From the IMG/VR virus record IMGVR_UViG_3300033124_000732: 64,000 nt of DNA; one strand, 5' to 3'. Both the position numbers and the translations under genes were made by a program. Origin of the DNA: a virus (taxonomy: Duplodnaviria; Heunggongvirae; Uroviricota; Caudoviricetes). Shown in pieces: positions 7,656 through 16,377 of the stretch. Within the stretch, counting starts at the first letter, position 1. Each line of letters opens with the position of its first letter. The notes below the pieces were generated by a model. The model was given only the letters and a program-made list of their open reading frames with translations. It was not told the origin of the DNA and did not search any database.

Positions 7656-7695
7656 ATAATCTACTTAGTAGGCACTTGAGCCTACTACAAAAATA

Positions 7696-7788
7696 TGGTG
7701 GAGCAACTTGGAGTCGAACCAAGAATGTTTACCACGAGGGGACGGATTTACAGTCCGCCGATGCACACGCCATAGCATCAATTGCTCC
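7696..7788 (-). tRNA. tRNA-Tyr(GUA), type II
   Basis: 93 nt. Anticodon stem CGGA/TCCG with loop CTGTAAA. Long variable region. Encoded CCA. Confidence 0.7.
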
Positions 7789-7793
7789 ATATT

Positions 7794-7867
7794 TGGTGGA
7801 CCGAGGGAGAATCGAACTCCCAACTGAGGCTTGCAAAGCCACCGTTATCCCATTTAACTACCAGCCC
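7794..7867 (-). tRNA. tRNA-Ala(UGC)
   Basis: Anticodon loop TTTGCAA. T-loop AGTTCGATTCT. Encoded CCA. Confidence 0.75.
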
Positions 7868-7873
7868 AAATTT

Positions 7874-7947
7874 TGGCGTCCAGGGAGGGACTCGAACCCC
7901 CACAAACGGTTTTGGAGACCGTTGTGCTGCCATTACACCACCCAGAC
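7874..7947 (-). tRNA. tRNA-Trp(CCA)
   Basis: Anticodon stem ACGGT/ACCGT with loop CTCCAAA. T-loop GGTTCGAGTCC. Encoded CCA. Confidence 0.85.
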
Positions 7948-7959
7948 ATTAAATACAGC

Positions 7960-8571
7960 ATGAACATTACATTCACACCTGCGTCTAAAATTCTTTACTT
8001 TGCTGACATTCAAGATCCGCCATTTGACTGGCACACTTTGTGTCAAGCCTGCCAGGATCTCGCCTGGAATGTTGAACCCACAATTGGCAATCAAGATCAA
8101 TTTGCTGTGATGTGCTTGGCACCACACTGTGCTGCATTTGACCACCGACTCAATGCGTTTCAACAATATTTTGATGAAGATTTCAAACAACGTCTGTTGA
8201 ACCTGTTGTTTGACAACCCAGAGTTCATGATGACCTGGTGCATGCCTGACCGTAAACACTTTGACCGCATCACCAAACTCAATTGTAACTGGATAGGCAC
8301 TCCGGCCCGCTATGATCATCATCCCTGGCACCTTGACAGTCGCAATCAAGTGGCCTTTGGCATGATCTACTTTACTGAACAAGACAATCCATTGCACAGC
8401 ACTTGGTTTGACACTGGACTTTACGGCCACTTGTTGCGTGTACCTTCAGGTCCAGGACAAGGCTGGCTGGTGATCAATACCGATCAAGCTCGCCATTGCG
8501 GAATGAACAATACTGACAACATTCGCTACAGCTTCAAGTTCAGTCTTGACTTACTGACCAAACAAATCTAA
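7960..8571 (+). CDS. hypothetical protein (203 aa), plus strand
   Basis: ORF track 7873..8571, trimmed to the internal Met at 7960 because the 5' extension overlaps tRNA-Trp. No motif recognised. Confidence 0.45.
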   Translation: MNITFTPASKILYFADIQDPPFDWHTLCQACQDLAWNVEPTIGNQDQFAVMCLAPHCAAFDHRLNAFQQYFDEDFKQRLLNLLFDNPEFMMTWCMPDRKHFDRITKLNCNWIGTPARYDHHPWHLDSRNQVAFGMIYFTEQDNPLHSTWFDTGLYGHLLRVPSGPGQGWLVINTDQARHCGMNNTDNIRYSFKFSLDLLTKQI

Positions 8572-8760
8572 CACACTGTCTGCGGCATTTCAGCCCATGC
8601 CAGCTCAATGTGTGTATTAAAGCACTCTAAAATACTTAGGCTGCCTGTTCTTAAAGAACGCTTTAATACGCTCGGATTTTTTTATGTACAAGAACATAAG
8701 CCATCCCCGAGGCCGCCCATTTGTAGTTTAGAGTGATACAGGCTCGCGTTGCCGTTGCAC

Positions 8761-8792
8761 TAAATGAAAAACCCAGGGTTTTTACGCCTGGG
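8761..8792 (-). terminator. rho-independent terminator (minus strand)
   Basis: On the minus strand, stem CCCAGG/CCTGGG followed by TTTTTCATTTA, about 210 nt downstream of tRNA-fMet. Confidence 0.4.
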
Positions 8793-9001
8793 TCCTTGGG
8801 TAAGATACGGTTGTATACTACTTAGGACCCTCTGCCTCCTGGAATGCTATTCATGCGACCATAGGCGTGTGACCAAACTGGTGTCTGGGCAAACTTGGGT
8901 AGCAGTGAACAGAATTGTATTTTCATCATAAGTCCTATTGTACAGTATTTACCTTTCAAGGTCAACCACTGTGTTAAAGTTATTTAGCCTTTTGGCAAAA
9001 T

Positions 9002-9076
9002 TGGTTGCGGGAGACGGATTCGAACCGCCGATCTCTAGGTTATGAGCCTAGTGAGTTGCCGCTTCTCTATCCCGCG
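9002..9076 (-). tRNA. initiator tRNA-fMet(CAU)
   Basis: 5' CGCGGG... and 3' ...CCCGCAACCA as in E. coli tRNA-fMet. C1 opposite A72 is unpaired (the bacterial initiator hallmark). Anticodon loop CTCATAA. Confidence 0.85.
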
Positions 9077-10494
9077 ATATTTTATTTATATAGAAACACA
9101 TTCTATGCTTTGGGAATGACATTACTGTCAAGCGACCATCAACGGGTACGGAATGCGTTTGTATATAAAGTGGCGGACTGAGAATACATCCTAACCTAAT
9201 AGTGCCTCGAGCATTATTACAAACCTTGCGAGTCTGCTTTCTCTCGACTTCCACTAAGACCATATTGCTATGTATCCTAGTCCACTATCAGTATCGCCGT
9301 TTTTAAAGACAGGCAGTAGTCTTGTCATCACATGCTACTCTACACCATCTATCCCGTTGACCTTTAGAGCCATTCACTGTCGCTAAACAGTTACGAAACT
9401 TCCAGTATAAACAGATTTCACCTTGCGAGTTACGTCTGACTGTATTGCCTTGCGGCTACAGCATTAGATACTTTTCACACATGACCGAGTCAGTCTTTGC
9501 TTTTTTGTTAGATAGTGGTTATGAAGCCACAGCCTATTCCTTAACAGGGAATTGCTCTACGATGAGCTATATCAACCTACTGCGATGTGCTGACTCAGTT
9601 GCTTCATACTCTTTTGGAATACAAAATACAACACACCACGTTCCTTTTGTCTTGCGAACTACTCAGACGTCTTTTGCGATCAGTGTCGGGTCTCGGCTTT
9701 CGCGTACCTCCACCAACCACTAAAACTGCATACGAGCCCTTGGGTGCAACCCCTCGGACAAATACGCTACCCTTTCTCATACCAATTAACTGGGCTGGTT
9801 TTGTATAGAAGTCAGCACCACCTGTTACTTTCCACTGACTCCGGTTACCCTTGCGGGCCGGTAAGTCATTGTTCTTTCCTATACTCCCAGCGTCATTGTT
9901 ACAACCACCGGTCTTATCAGTGATCGGATCCTCACGGACCTGAGCAGGCTTGTTTACACGAACCATTGCTGGCGGAGTTGCGTAGGCTTACCTCCTTTGG
10001 CTGGGTCACCCCAGTTATTCTTCGTACAGCTGGGCGAACCATACTGCACAGGACAATAAACTGCCCTAAGTATCTATTGTATGACAAACGTCTTTTGTTG
10101 TCAAACTATTTTGGATAAACTGCCAAACAATCTATCCAAAATAGTTTCTATAGTCAAGCACCGAGAGCTACCCAATTTATGCGTCCTCCGCTAAGAGTGC
10201 AAAAGCCGATGGCGGTTATGTTAGGATCCGTTCCCGGCCGGTTGGACCCGAATAGTGATTGATCAGACCACGATACCCTTATCGATGCTTGACTATAAAA
10301 ACTAAAAGTTCGGATTTAAAAATCAAATCCTCCCACTGCTAACTACTGCTTCCCAATTTATCGTCCATCGGCACCCGTGGTAGGGCTTGCGATGCTCATC
10401 GGCCCTGAGTTCTAGCTCAGGTGATCCTTGGGATAGGACTGCTGGGCCTTAGCCTGCCCAGCATCAGGAAAATTAAATTCTCTGTATCGCTATG
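9077..10494. ncRNA. 1.4-kb non-coding region; candidate large structured RNA (GOLLD/ROOL-like?) next to tRNA-fMet
   Basis: No ORF above 120 aa in any frame. Higher GC than flanking genes. Numerous GC-rich hairpins (for example CCTGAG..CTCAGG, CTGGGC..GCCCAG, CCGGCCGG). Confidence 0.3.
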
Positions 10495-11310
10495 TTATTC
10501 ACATTTCTGCAATAACTTGGCAACTGCTATTCTAAACACACTTTCTTTCTCAGGCCAAGCATAAATGTATTGTCCTGCAAAGTCATTGACCAACAACCAC
10601 GTAATGCCTGAGGCTGTATACATGTGTGTCTCTGCCTCATAACCTGGGATGGACCTATCAAAGTCGATGCTGCCATTGCCATAGTCCTGACCATGCTCTC
10701 TAACCCAATCTGCCACACTTTGTACTTCTCTATCAGTGTTAGGGCCCATACCACCCAAATTAGCTACTACAAAGATTTTGTTAGTGGGTGTAACGGTCAT
10801 AGTCTTAAACACACTACGTCCCAGCTGTCTAATTTGGTCTTTAATGTTGCCAGGTAGTGCCGCTACTTGGTGAAAGTCTGGTACCAAGTATCCTGCCTTA
10901 CGTAGTGCATATTTTGCTGTGGTTGCCAATGTGGTAGTCTTAACTAACACTGTGGGCAAGGTCTCAGGTGGCCGGGGCTCAACACTACTAGTATGTTTTT
11001 GTGTAAACTTTACAGGCTGTTGCTCAATACTAGCGTCATATGACGGCAGGTCGGCATCAAGTTTGATGTCCAATATCTTACCCAGCATATCCTGCATGGC
11101 CCGAGTAGGTTTAATCTTACCTGCGGCCGCCAATGTTTTACTAACACTGACCTTGTTAACCTTTACAACTTTAGATTGGTCTTGTTTAACCTCAGGTTTA
11201 CCCTTGGGTTTTTCTGTGTGCTTGACAATGGGACGGGCTGTGCCGGTCTTAAAGATGTTGTCAAGATCTATGTTAATCTGCGTTTGAGTTTGTGTTTTTC
11301 TTGTTGCCAT
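10495..11310 (-). CDS. hypothetical protein (271 aa), Lys/Thr-rich N-terminus
   Basis: Clean ORF ending 4 nt before the next gene's start. Confidence 0.55.
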   Translation of the reverse strand: MATRKTQTQTQINIDLDNIFKTGTARPIVKHTEKPKGKPEVKQDQSKVVKVNKVSVSKTLAAAGKIKPTRAMQDMLGKILDIKLDADLPSYDASIEQQPVKFTQKHTSSVEPRPPETLPTVLVKTTTLATTAKYALRKAGYLVPDFHQVAALPGNIKDQIRQLGRSVFKTMTVTPTNKIFVVANLGGMGPNTDREVQSVADWVREHGQDYGNGSIDFDRSIPGYEAETHMYTASGITWLLVNDFAGQYIYAWPEKESVFRIAVAKLLQKCE

Positions 11311-11314
11311 TATA

Positions 11315-12433
11315 TCACCATGATGGAAGTTTCTTCATTTTGGCTGTAAGTTTAATACCAATAGTCTTTAACACTTCCTTACGCATCTTGTCTCTTGCTG
11401 TACGACCTTCTTTTGTCATATTGTTAGTGCCCAAGATCTCTCTACTGTACATTGTCCAACTTACTGCGTGTTTAGCAATAAGAGGTTCTTGTTCTGGCCA
11501 TCTAGCTTTTTTAATGTACATAGCATATTCCTGGCTACTACGTGGGCCCAAGGCCATCTGTGGTTCTATTAGGTCATATTTCTTGTCTAACAAGTCTTTA
11601 CAAAAGCCTTCCATACCACCAGGATAGGACTTGATCTTTTTAACGTGCTTAACGTTAATGCCTGTTTCATCCAAGACATATTTGGTCATGTCGTAGAGCC
11701 TGTCTTGCTCATGCTGGGCCTGCTTCTGCTTAAACAGATAATCTGTGTATGCTTTTATTTGATTTTTTATAATCTGGCCAAGTACAGGATGTTGTTCAAA
11801 TTTTTGTTGCTCTGCCCAATCTAAAACTCTATCTCGGGCATCATATAATGTAATTCTGTTGGCATAGTCATGTTGGATCTGATATTGATACTTGCTACCA
11901 TTGCGGTCTCTCCAAACATATAAATCACTGTGTTCAGTATAGTCTTTAAAGAAACCTGCCTGTGTAGTACACCACTTTGTGCCTGCACCCAAATGTCTTG
12001 CTGCCGCAGGTGTTTGCGGACTGGCCAACTGTCCAAAAGGACCATTGTACAATATCTTTGTGCCTTTAATAATTGGGAAGGCACCCGCTTCTTTTTTAGT
12101 TTTGGTTACTAGTACTTCTTTAATAACAGGATTAAGAACTTGATCGATGGTCTCGTCTAGTTCATAAAAACTAAATTGGTTAATGTCTCGTTTTTCCAAA
12201 CGAGGTTTTAGCTTGTCAAAGTTTTCTAATACAGTCCTAACTCTGGTTGTATCTTCAAACTTGAATTGTTTGTTTATTAGTTGTTTGGCCAACCAAGGAA
12301 CGTACTGCAAGTTCTTGGTAGGATCCATTTTCTCTAAGGCAATGACGATGTCCACCACTTCCATTTTGGTATGGCGGACAACGTCTGTAAATTTGGTTTT
12401 AAATTTTTCTACAGTTATTTCACGTTTGGACAT
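11315..12433 (-). CDS. hypothetical protein (372 aa)
   Basis: Long minus-strand ORF. No confident domain assignment. Confidence 0.55.
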   Translation of the reverse strand: MSKREITVEKFKTKFTDVVRHTKMEVVDIVIALEKMDPTKNLQYVPWLAKQLINKQFKFEDTTRVRTVLENFDKLKPRLEKRDINQFSFYELDETIDQVLNPVIKEVLVTKTKKEAGAFPIIKGTKILYNGPFGQLASPQTPAAARHLGAGTKWCTTQAGFFKDYTEHSDLYVWRDRNGSKYQYQIQHDYANRITLYDARDRVLDWAEQQKFEQHPVLGQIIKNQIKAYTDYLFKQKQAQHEQDRLYDMTKYVLDETGINVKHVKKIKSYPGGMEGFCKDLLDKKYDLIEPQMALGPRSSQEYAMYIKKARWPEQEPLIAKHAVSWTMYSREILGTNNMTKEGRTARDKMRKEVLKTIGIKLTAKMKKLPSW

Positions 12434-12908
12434 TGTATCTCCTTGTGTAAAGATTACAGTATACTATAGAACTTGTTTTGTGTCAACTAAATTAGTTGCT
12501 CTGCATCCCCCGGCGGTAATTATACCATAGTTACTTGCGTACCCAAGGCTTCCACCCGCTTCCCGACAGGGACCGCTATCGTGTTGCTAACGGCCTTTCG
12601 GTAAGAAGACTACCACCCTTGAGAGTCACCTCACTTCTTATCCTGCGGGTCACAGTATCCGCTAACCAAGCGGAACGTTAGGGGAGAGCCACGGTTGCAG
12701 GACCTAGTGCTCCGAAGAGGAAGTATCCAGGCGATGTGGCTCTCAAACTTGGTGCACCTAACAGGAATCAAACCTGTCTGCGTTTAGCTTCAAATCCAAC
12801 TCGCAATGGCAATCCAGCGCATAAACTTGGCGGTCCCAGGGGGTAACGATCCCCCTCCTCAGCAGTGACAGTGCTGTGTGCGTCCATGAACACCTTGAGA
12901 CCAAAACA
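12434..12908. ncRNA. non-coding structured region with a tRNA-like 3' module (T-arm plus ACCA at 12750-12790)
   Basis: No ORFs. On the minus strand, ACAGG-TTTGATT-CCTGT followed by TAGGTGC-A-CCA, but no complementary 5' acceptor strand within 400 nt. Many GC-rich helices upstream. Confidence 0.3.
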
Positions 12909-12983
12909 TGGAAGAGCGTAGGGGAGTCGAACCCCTCTTCTCAGGATGAAAACCTGATGTCCTAACCGATAGACGAACGCTCC
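12909..12983 (-). tRNA. tRNA-Glu(UUC)
   Basis: Acceptor stem GGAGCGT/ACGCTCT. Anticodon stem TCAGG/CCTGA with loop TTTTCAT. T-loop GGTTCGACTCC. Encoded CCA. Confidence 0.8.
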
Positions 12984-13653
12984 ATAGTTTCACTATATGA
13001 AAACACATTAGGATGTTTGATAGAGATCGCAGTTTCGAACCTGCCCTACTGTGTCGTCCACAGACTTGTCTATCAACCACATTACGGGCCAACTGGATCC
13101 GGCGTGCTTCGTCCTCTCAGAGGCTCTGAGTGATCTGCTTTCGTGTAGTCCAAGTAGAGCCTAGCCGTCACTAGGATTTAGTTCTCTACTTGGGTACCTA
13201 CCGGAGTTGGTAACCCAATGCGTTTACATATAGTGCCCAGAACTGAATCTGGGACACTATACAAAATTAAATTTTTAATGAAACCTCGCTAACTAGTCTC
13301 GATCGACTGCGTTATTAGATGGGCTGGAGCGGTCGTCTCCATTTAATGTTCTCCGCCTCGCCCTTAAGCATATTTCAGCGCGGTCTGGCCTTTAGAACAA
13401 CCCTAAAATTTTGCTTAGGCCGAGTCTCCAAACTCGCTTCGAATCCCTTGGTTACAACCCTTTTTGCATTTCTGCTGGGTTCTTACATTCGAGGATCGCC
13501 TTGCTTTCTAACTAGTCTCTAGTATAGCATCTTCTGCTTTACCGGTCAACTTGTTTTGTAAATGCCCCGCCTTGTTGCAGGGTCTTTACAAACTCGGCTG
13601 TTTCTCTAACTTGTATCTAGTATAACACCGATACATTTATTGGTCTACCGCCA

Positions 13654-13686
13654 TAAAAAAACCCGCCTACTTGGCGGGTTTTTTGG
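13654..13686. terminator. bidirectional rho-independent terminator
   Basis: AAAAAAA-CCCGCC-TACTT-GGCGGG-TTTTTT, 18 nt downstream of the porin stop codon. Confidence 0.8.
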
Positions 13687-13703
13687 TTTGTACTACTTCT
13701 GTT

Positions 13704-14585
13704 TTAGAACTGTACGACCAACCCGCCTGCTACTTGTCTAATATCACTGGCTGCTGAGGTTCCCTCAACATTGCGATACAGAACTTGTGCATAGGTCTTT
13801 TTGCTGAAAGCATACTCGGCACCTACGTTGTAGCTCTTGATGCCATTCTCAATGCGACCATAGCTGGCCTTCACTGTGATTGGACCACCAAGGTTGTGTG
13901 CCGCACCAACCAATTGACCACGGTTGGTATTGGCAGTTGCGCCTTTGTTGTCGCTGGCAATGCCATAAACTGTGGTTGCACCAAACTTGGCACGAGCAGC
14001 CACTACGTCACTGGTTTCTGCACCAGCTTCGTAACGAGCATAAGTTACCACTGCTGGACCCACTGCGGCAACCAATGAAGCAGCATAAGGATCGGTCGTA
14101 GCACCAGTGCTACGATCAAAACTAGCAGTCACATTGCCAAGGTTCACAGAAGTGAAAGCGGCATTACTGAAACGCAAACCACGCAGGTTATGCACGTCAG
14201 CGGCTGAGCTACCAATCAATGTGCCAAACGGATCATTGTTGCTGATGGCCAAGAAGTGAGTGTGAACGCTACGGCCTAGATCAACACTTCCCATTTTGTG
14301 AGCAATACCCACAGTGCTTTGACGATCGCCAAATGCAGTGGTGCTGGTTTCTGGGCTGTTGGCCTGGATATAGGTTTCGTATGTGGCACGAGCCTTCAAT
14401 CCGCCACCCAAGTCTTCGGTGGCACGAATGCCAAAGTGACTCAAATCATTTGCCATGCCTTGAACAGCAGCGGCTGTGCCAGTCTTGGTGTTGTCAAGGT
14501 AAGTGCCAACACGACCATAGATACCAACTTGTGCGCTTGCGACACCAGCAACTGCCAGGGTCAACGCAACTAGAACTTTCTTCAT
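13704..14585 (-). CDS. outer-membrane porin (Gram-negative general porin, Betaproteobacterial Omp32-like)
   Basis: Signal peptide MKKVLVALTLAVAGVASAQ. Alternating amphipathic beta-strand pattern, Gly/Ala/Thr-rich, C-terminal Phe (...LVVQF). Own terminator downstream. Confidence 0.75.
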   Translation of the reverse strand: MKKVLVALTLAVAGVASAQVGIYGRVGTYLDNTKTGTAAAVQGMANDLSHFGIRATEDLGGGLKARATYETYIQANSPETSTTAFGDRQSTVGIAHKMGSVDLGRSVHTHFLAISNNDPFGTLIGSSAADVHNLRGLRFSNAAFTSVNLGNVTASFDRSTGATTDPYAASLVAAVGPAVVTYARYEAGAETSDVVAARAKFGATTVYGIASDNKGATANTNRGQLVGAAHNLGGPITVKASYGRIENGIKSYNVGAEYAFSKKTYAQVLYRNVEGTSAASDIRQVAGGLVVQF

Positions 14586-14659
14586 GAATAATTTTCCTTG
14601 TTAAAATAAATGATCAAATGTCGATCATAGAGTAGTATATAGCACAAACACTAAGAATG

Positions 14660-15781
14660 TCAACTATTTTCGGTAAATTCTACAGGATTTTTAAAAGATT
14701 TAAACTGTTGTCCTGTAACTCTAGTGATATCAGCTAGTTCTTCTTCTAGTCGATGTTGGAATTCAGGTTGACAATATGGCTGATACTGATAATCTAATAA
14801 ATTTCTATAGCTGGTGCCCATGCGGTACAACAGGCGATTCTTTACATCGCCCAGTCTGCGATGCTGAGTGATTGAATTATCAAACAGCAACAAATCACCA
14901 TGTTGTGTTTTGTACCAATGATCGTACACATTATTTTCGGCAAACAGTTCAGTTTTGAGCTTGATCAACAATGCATCACTTTCCGGTTGGCTCATGCCCA
15001 CAAATCCTACCACTGTGTTTGGACTAAAATGCAAACCAGCAATTCCGCCGGGACTATTGATCCGCAACGGTAACTGATTGGGAGTTGGACAAAAGTTATG
15101 TTTGAACATGTGGTCTTGAACTAGATTCAATCCAGGATTGATTTTGCCTGGTTGGAATTCATGTTGGCAAACAAGCTCATCTAACTCACTGCGAAATGCT
15201 TCAGACTGATCTTGGTACCATCGAGCAGTGGTACTAAATCCGGTGCTACTGCCAATCACATGATCGATGGCCAACAAGCCCACGCCAGGAGTAAATGCTA
15301 GATGTCCAGATTCATTGCTGTGCCATAACAATTCTCCTTCAGCAAAAATTCCTAATCTACGACCTTGTTCATCTCGTTGTCCGCTAACTCGTTGAGCTTG
15401 TCCTGTACTAACTGGAGCACGAGTATAATCGCTTTCGGTAACAAATGACTGATCCTCAGGAGTTAGTGGATATACACCAGCCTTGAGATCTCTCCACATT
15501 TTATCAAATGCTTGATGTACTGGAAGATTGCTGTCCAGTTGTAGATTGTATTTTTTTAAAAATGTATAAGGACTAAGACTGTTACTTCTACCTAAAGCCA
15601 ACATCAATTCAGACCACCTATCTGGTGTAAGGTTGGTGCCTCTAAAAATTGTAACCAATGTGTCTAAGTGCAGTTTGCCATATACTGTTTGCCATTCTTC
15701 AATGCTGATATTTTCTAAATCAGCGCCGTCGACGAACACGCCGTAGTCACCTAAGCCGGGAATTTTTGTGATAGTTACCAT
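14660..15781 (-). CDS. TauD/TfdA-like Fe(II)/2-oxoglutarate dioxygenase (putative)
   Basis: 373 aa. The WHSNESGH...H pattern resembles the TauD-family HxD/E...H iron-binding site. Assignment from motif memory only. Confidence 0.45.
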   Translation of the reverse strand: MVTITKIPGLGDYGVFVDGADLENISIEEWQTVYGKLHLDTLVTIFRGTNLTPDRWSELMLALGRSNSLSPYTFLKKYNLQLDSNLPVHQAFDKMWRDLKAGVYPLTPEDQSFVTESDYTRAPVSTGQAQRVSGQRDEQGRRLGIFAEGELLWHSNESGHLAFTPGVGLLAIDHVIGSSTGFSTTARWYQDQSEAFRSELDELVCQHEFQPGKINPGLNLVQDHMFKHNFCPTPNQLPLRINSPGGIAGLHFSPNTVVGFVGMSQPESDALLIKLKTELFAENNVYDHWYKTQHGDLLLFDNSITQHRRLGDVKNRLLYRMGTSYRNLLDYQYQPYCQPEFQHRLEEELADITRVTGQQFKSFKNPVEFTENS

Positions 15782-16153
15782 ATGAGATACTTTTTAAGAT
15801 GTGGTAGCTTATTCTGTTACGAGGAAAGCTACCGAAACCCTAAGCAGTGTTTAGGCTGCTAATGCGAACTGTTCGTCGTTTGCGTTTACGTTTTTTGCTT
15901 CTACGGCCAGGAGACCCCAACCCTAACGGCTTCTGCTTTGCCGAGCTGTCCACTCTGTTACTCTTTGCCCTGTCGAAACTATGCAGGCCCATCAAAAACA
16001 TTTTGTAGTTAGAGCCGTTTTCATTCTAACCTTATGGTATTTGACGCATCTTTCGATGGTTACAAAATGTTTATGGTGGACCTGGGGGGATTCGCACCCC
16101 CGTCCAGAACACTTTTCTCTCGGCTTCATACAGCAATAACTTACAGTATATAT

Positions 16154-16342
16154 TTATTCTCGAGGTTTGTCAATAGCTTTGGAGATGATGTCATATACTT
16201 GGGAGTATGCATCTGTTATTTTGTCTAGCTGTTGTTCTGAAACCAAATCTGTATCTTCCAGACTAACCAAGTCCTGGGCCAGATTTTCCTGTAGTTTCTT
16301 TAGTTGATTAATCACATACCTATTTATAGAACAAACGGGCAA
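16154..16342 (-). CDS. possible small acidic protein (62 aa)
   Basis: ORF only. Its start lies inside the terminator hairpin at 16333-16353, so this is doubtful. Confidence 0.25.
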   Translation of the reverse strand: MPVCSINRYVINQLKKLQENLAQDLVSLEDTDLVSEQQLDKITDAYSQVYDIISKAIDKPRE

Positions 16343-16353
16343 AAGCCCGTTTG
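16333..16353. terminator. rho-independent terminator hairpin
   Basis: AAACGGGC-AAAA-GCCCGTTT followed by T-rich sequence, 25 nt downstream of the DctP-like gene's stop codon. Confidence 0.6.
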
Positions 16354-16377
16354 ATGTTTAGGTTGCTTGACGAGTAA

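Noticed and set aside
2286-7947. CRISPR array
   Set aside because: Repetitiveness in this region is due to tRNA genes (T-loop and acceptor similarity), not direct repeats with unique spacers. No CRISPR-like repeat-spacer periodicity was seen anywhere in the window.
7643-7963. 106-aa plus-strand ORF and the N-terminal extension of ORF 7873..8571
   Set aside because: Both run antisense through tRNA-Tyr, tRNA-Ala and tRNA-Trp. The real plus-strand gene most likely starts at the Met at 7960, after the last tRNA.
9985-10005. CTTACCTCCTTTGG resembling the 16S rRNA 3' end (anti-Shine-Dalgarno CACCTCCTT)
   Set aside because: It is an isolated 9-nt similarity with no flanking rRNA-like sequence, so it is most likely chance.
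12750-13100. Possible tmRNA (ssrA) on the minus strand
   Set aside because: There is a tRNA-like T-arm-ACCA 3' end, but no complementary 5' acceptor strand and no tag-peptide ORF ending in the usual ...AA-stop within 400 nt. It is kept only as a tRNA-like module inside the larger ncRNA candidate.
16154-16342. 62-aa ORF treated as a confident gene
   Set aside because: Its start codon lies inside the terminator hairpin 16333-16353, and nothing precedes it. It is retained only at low confidence.
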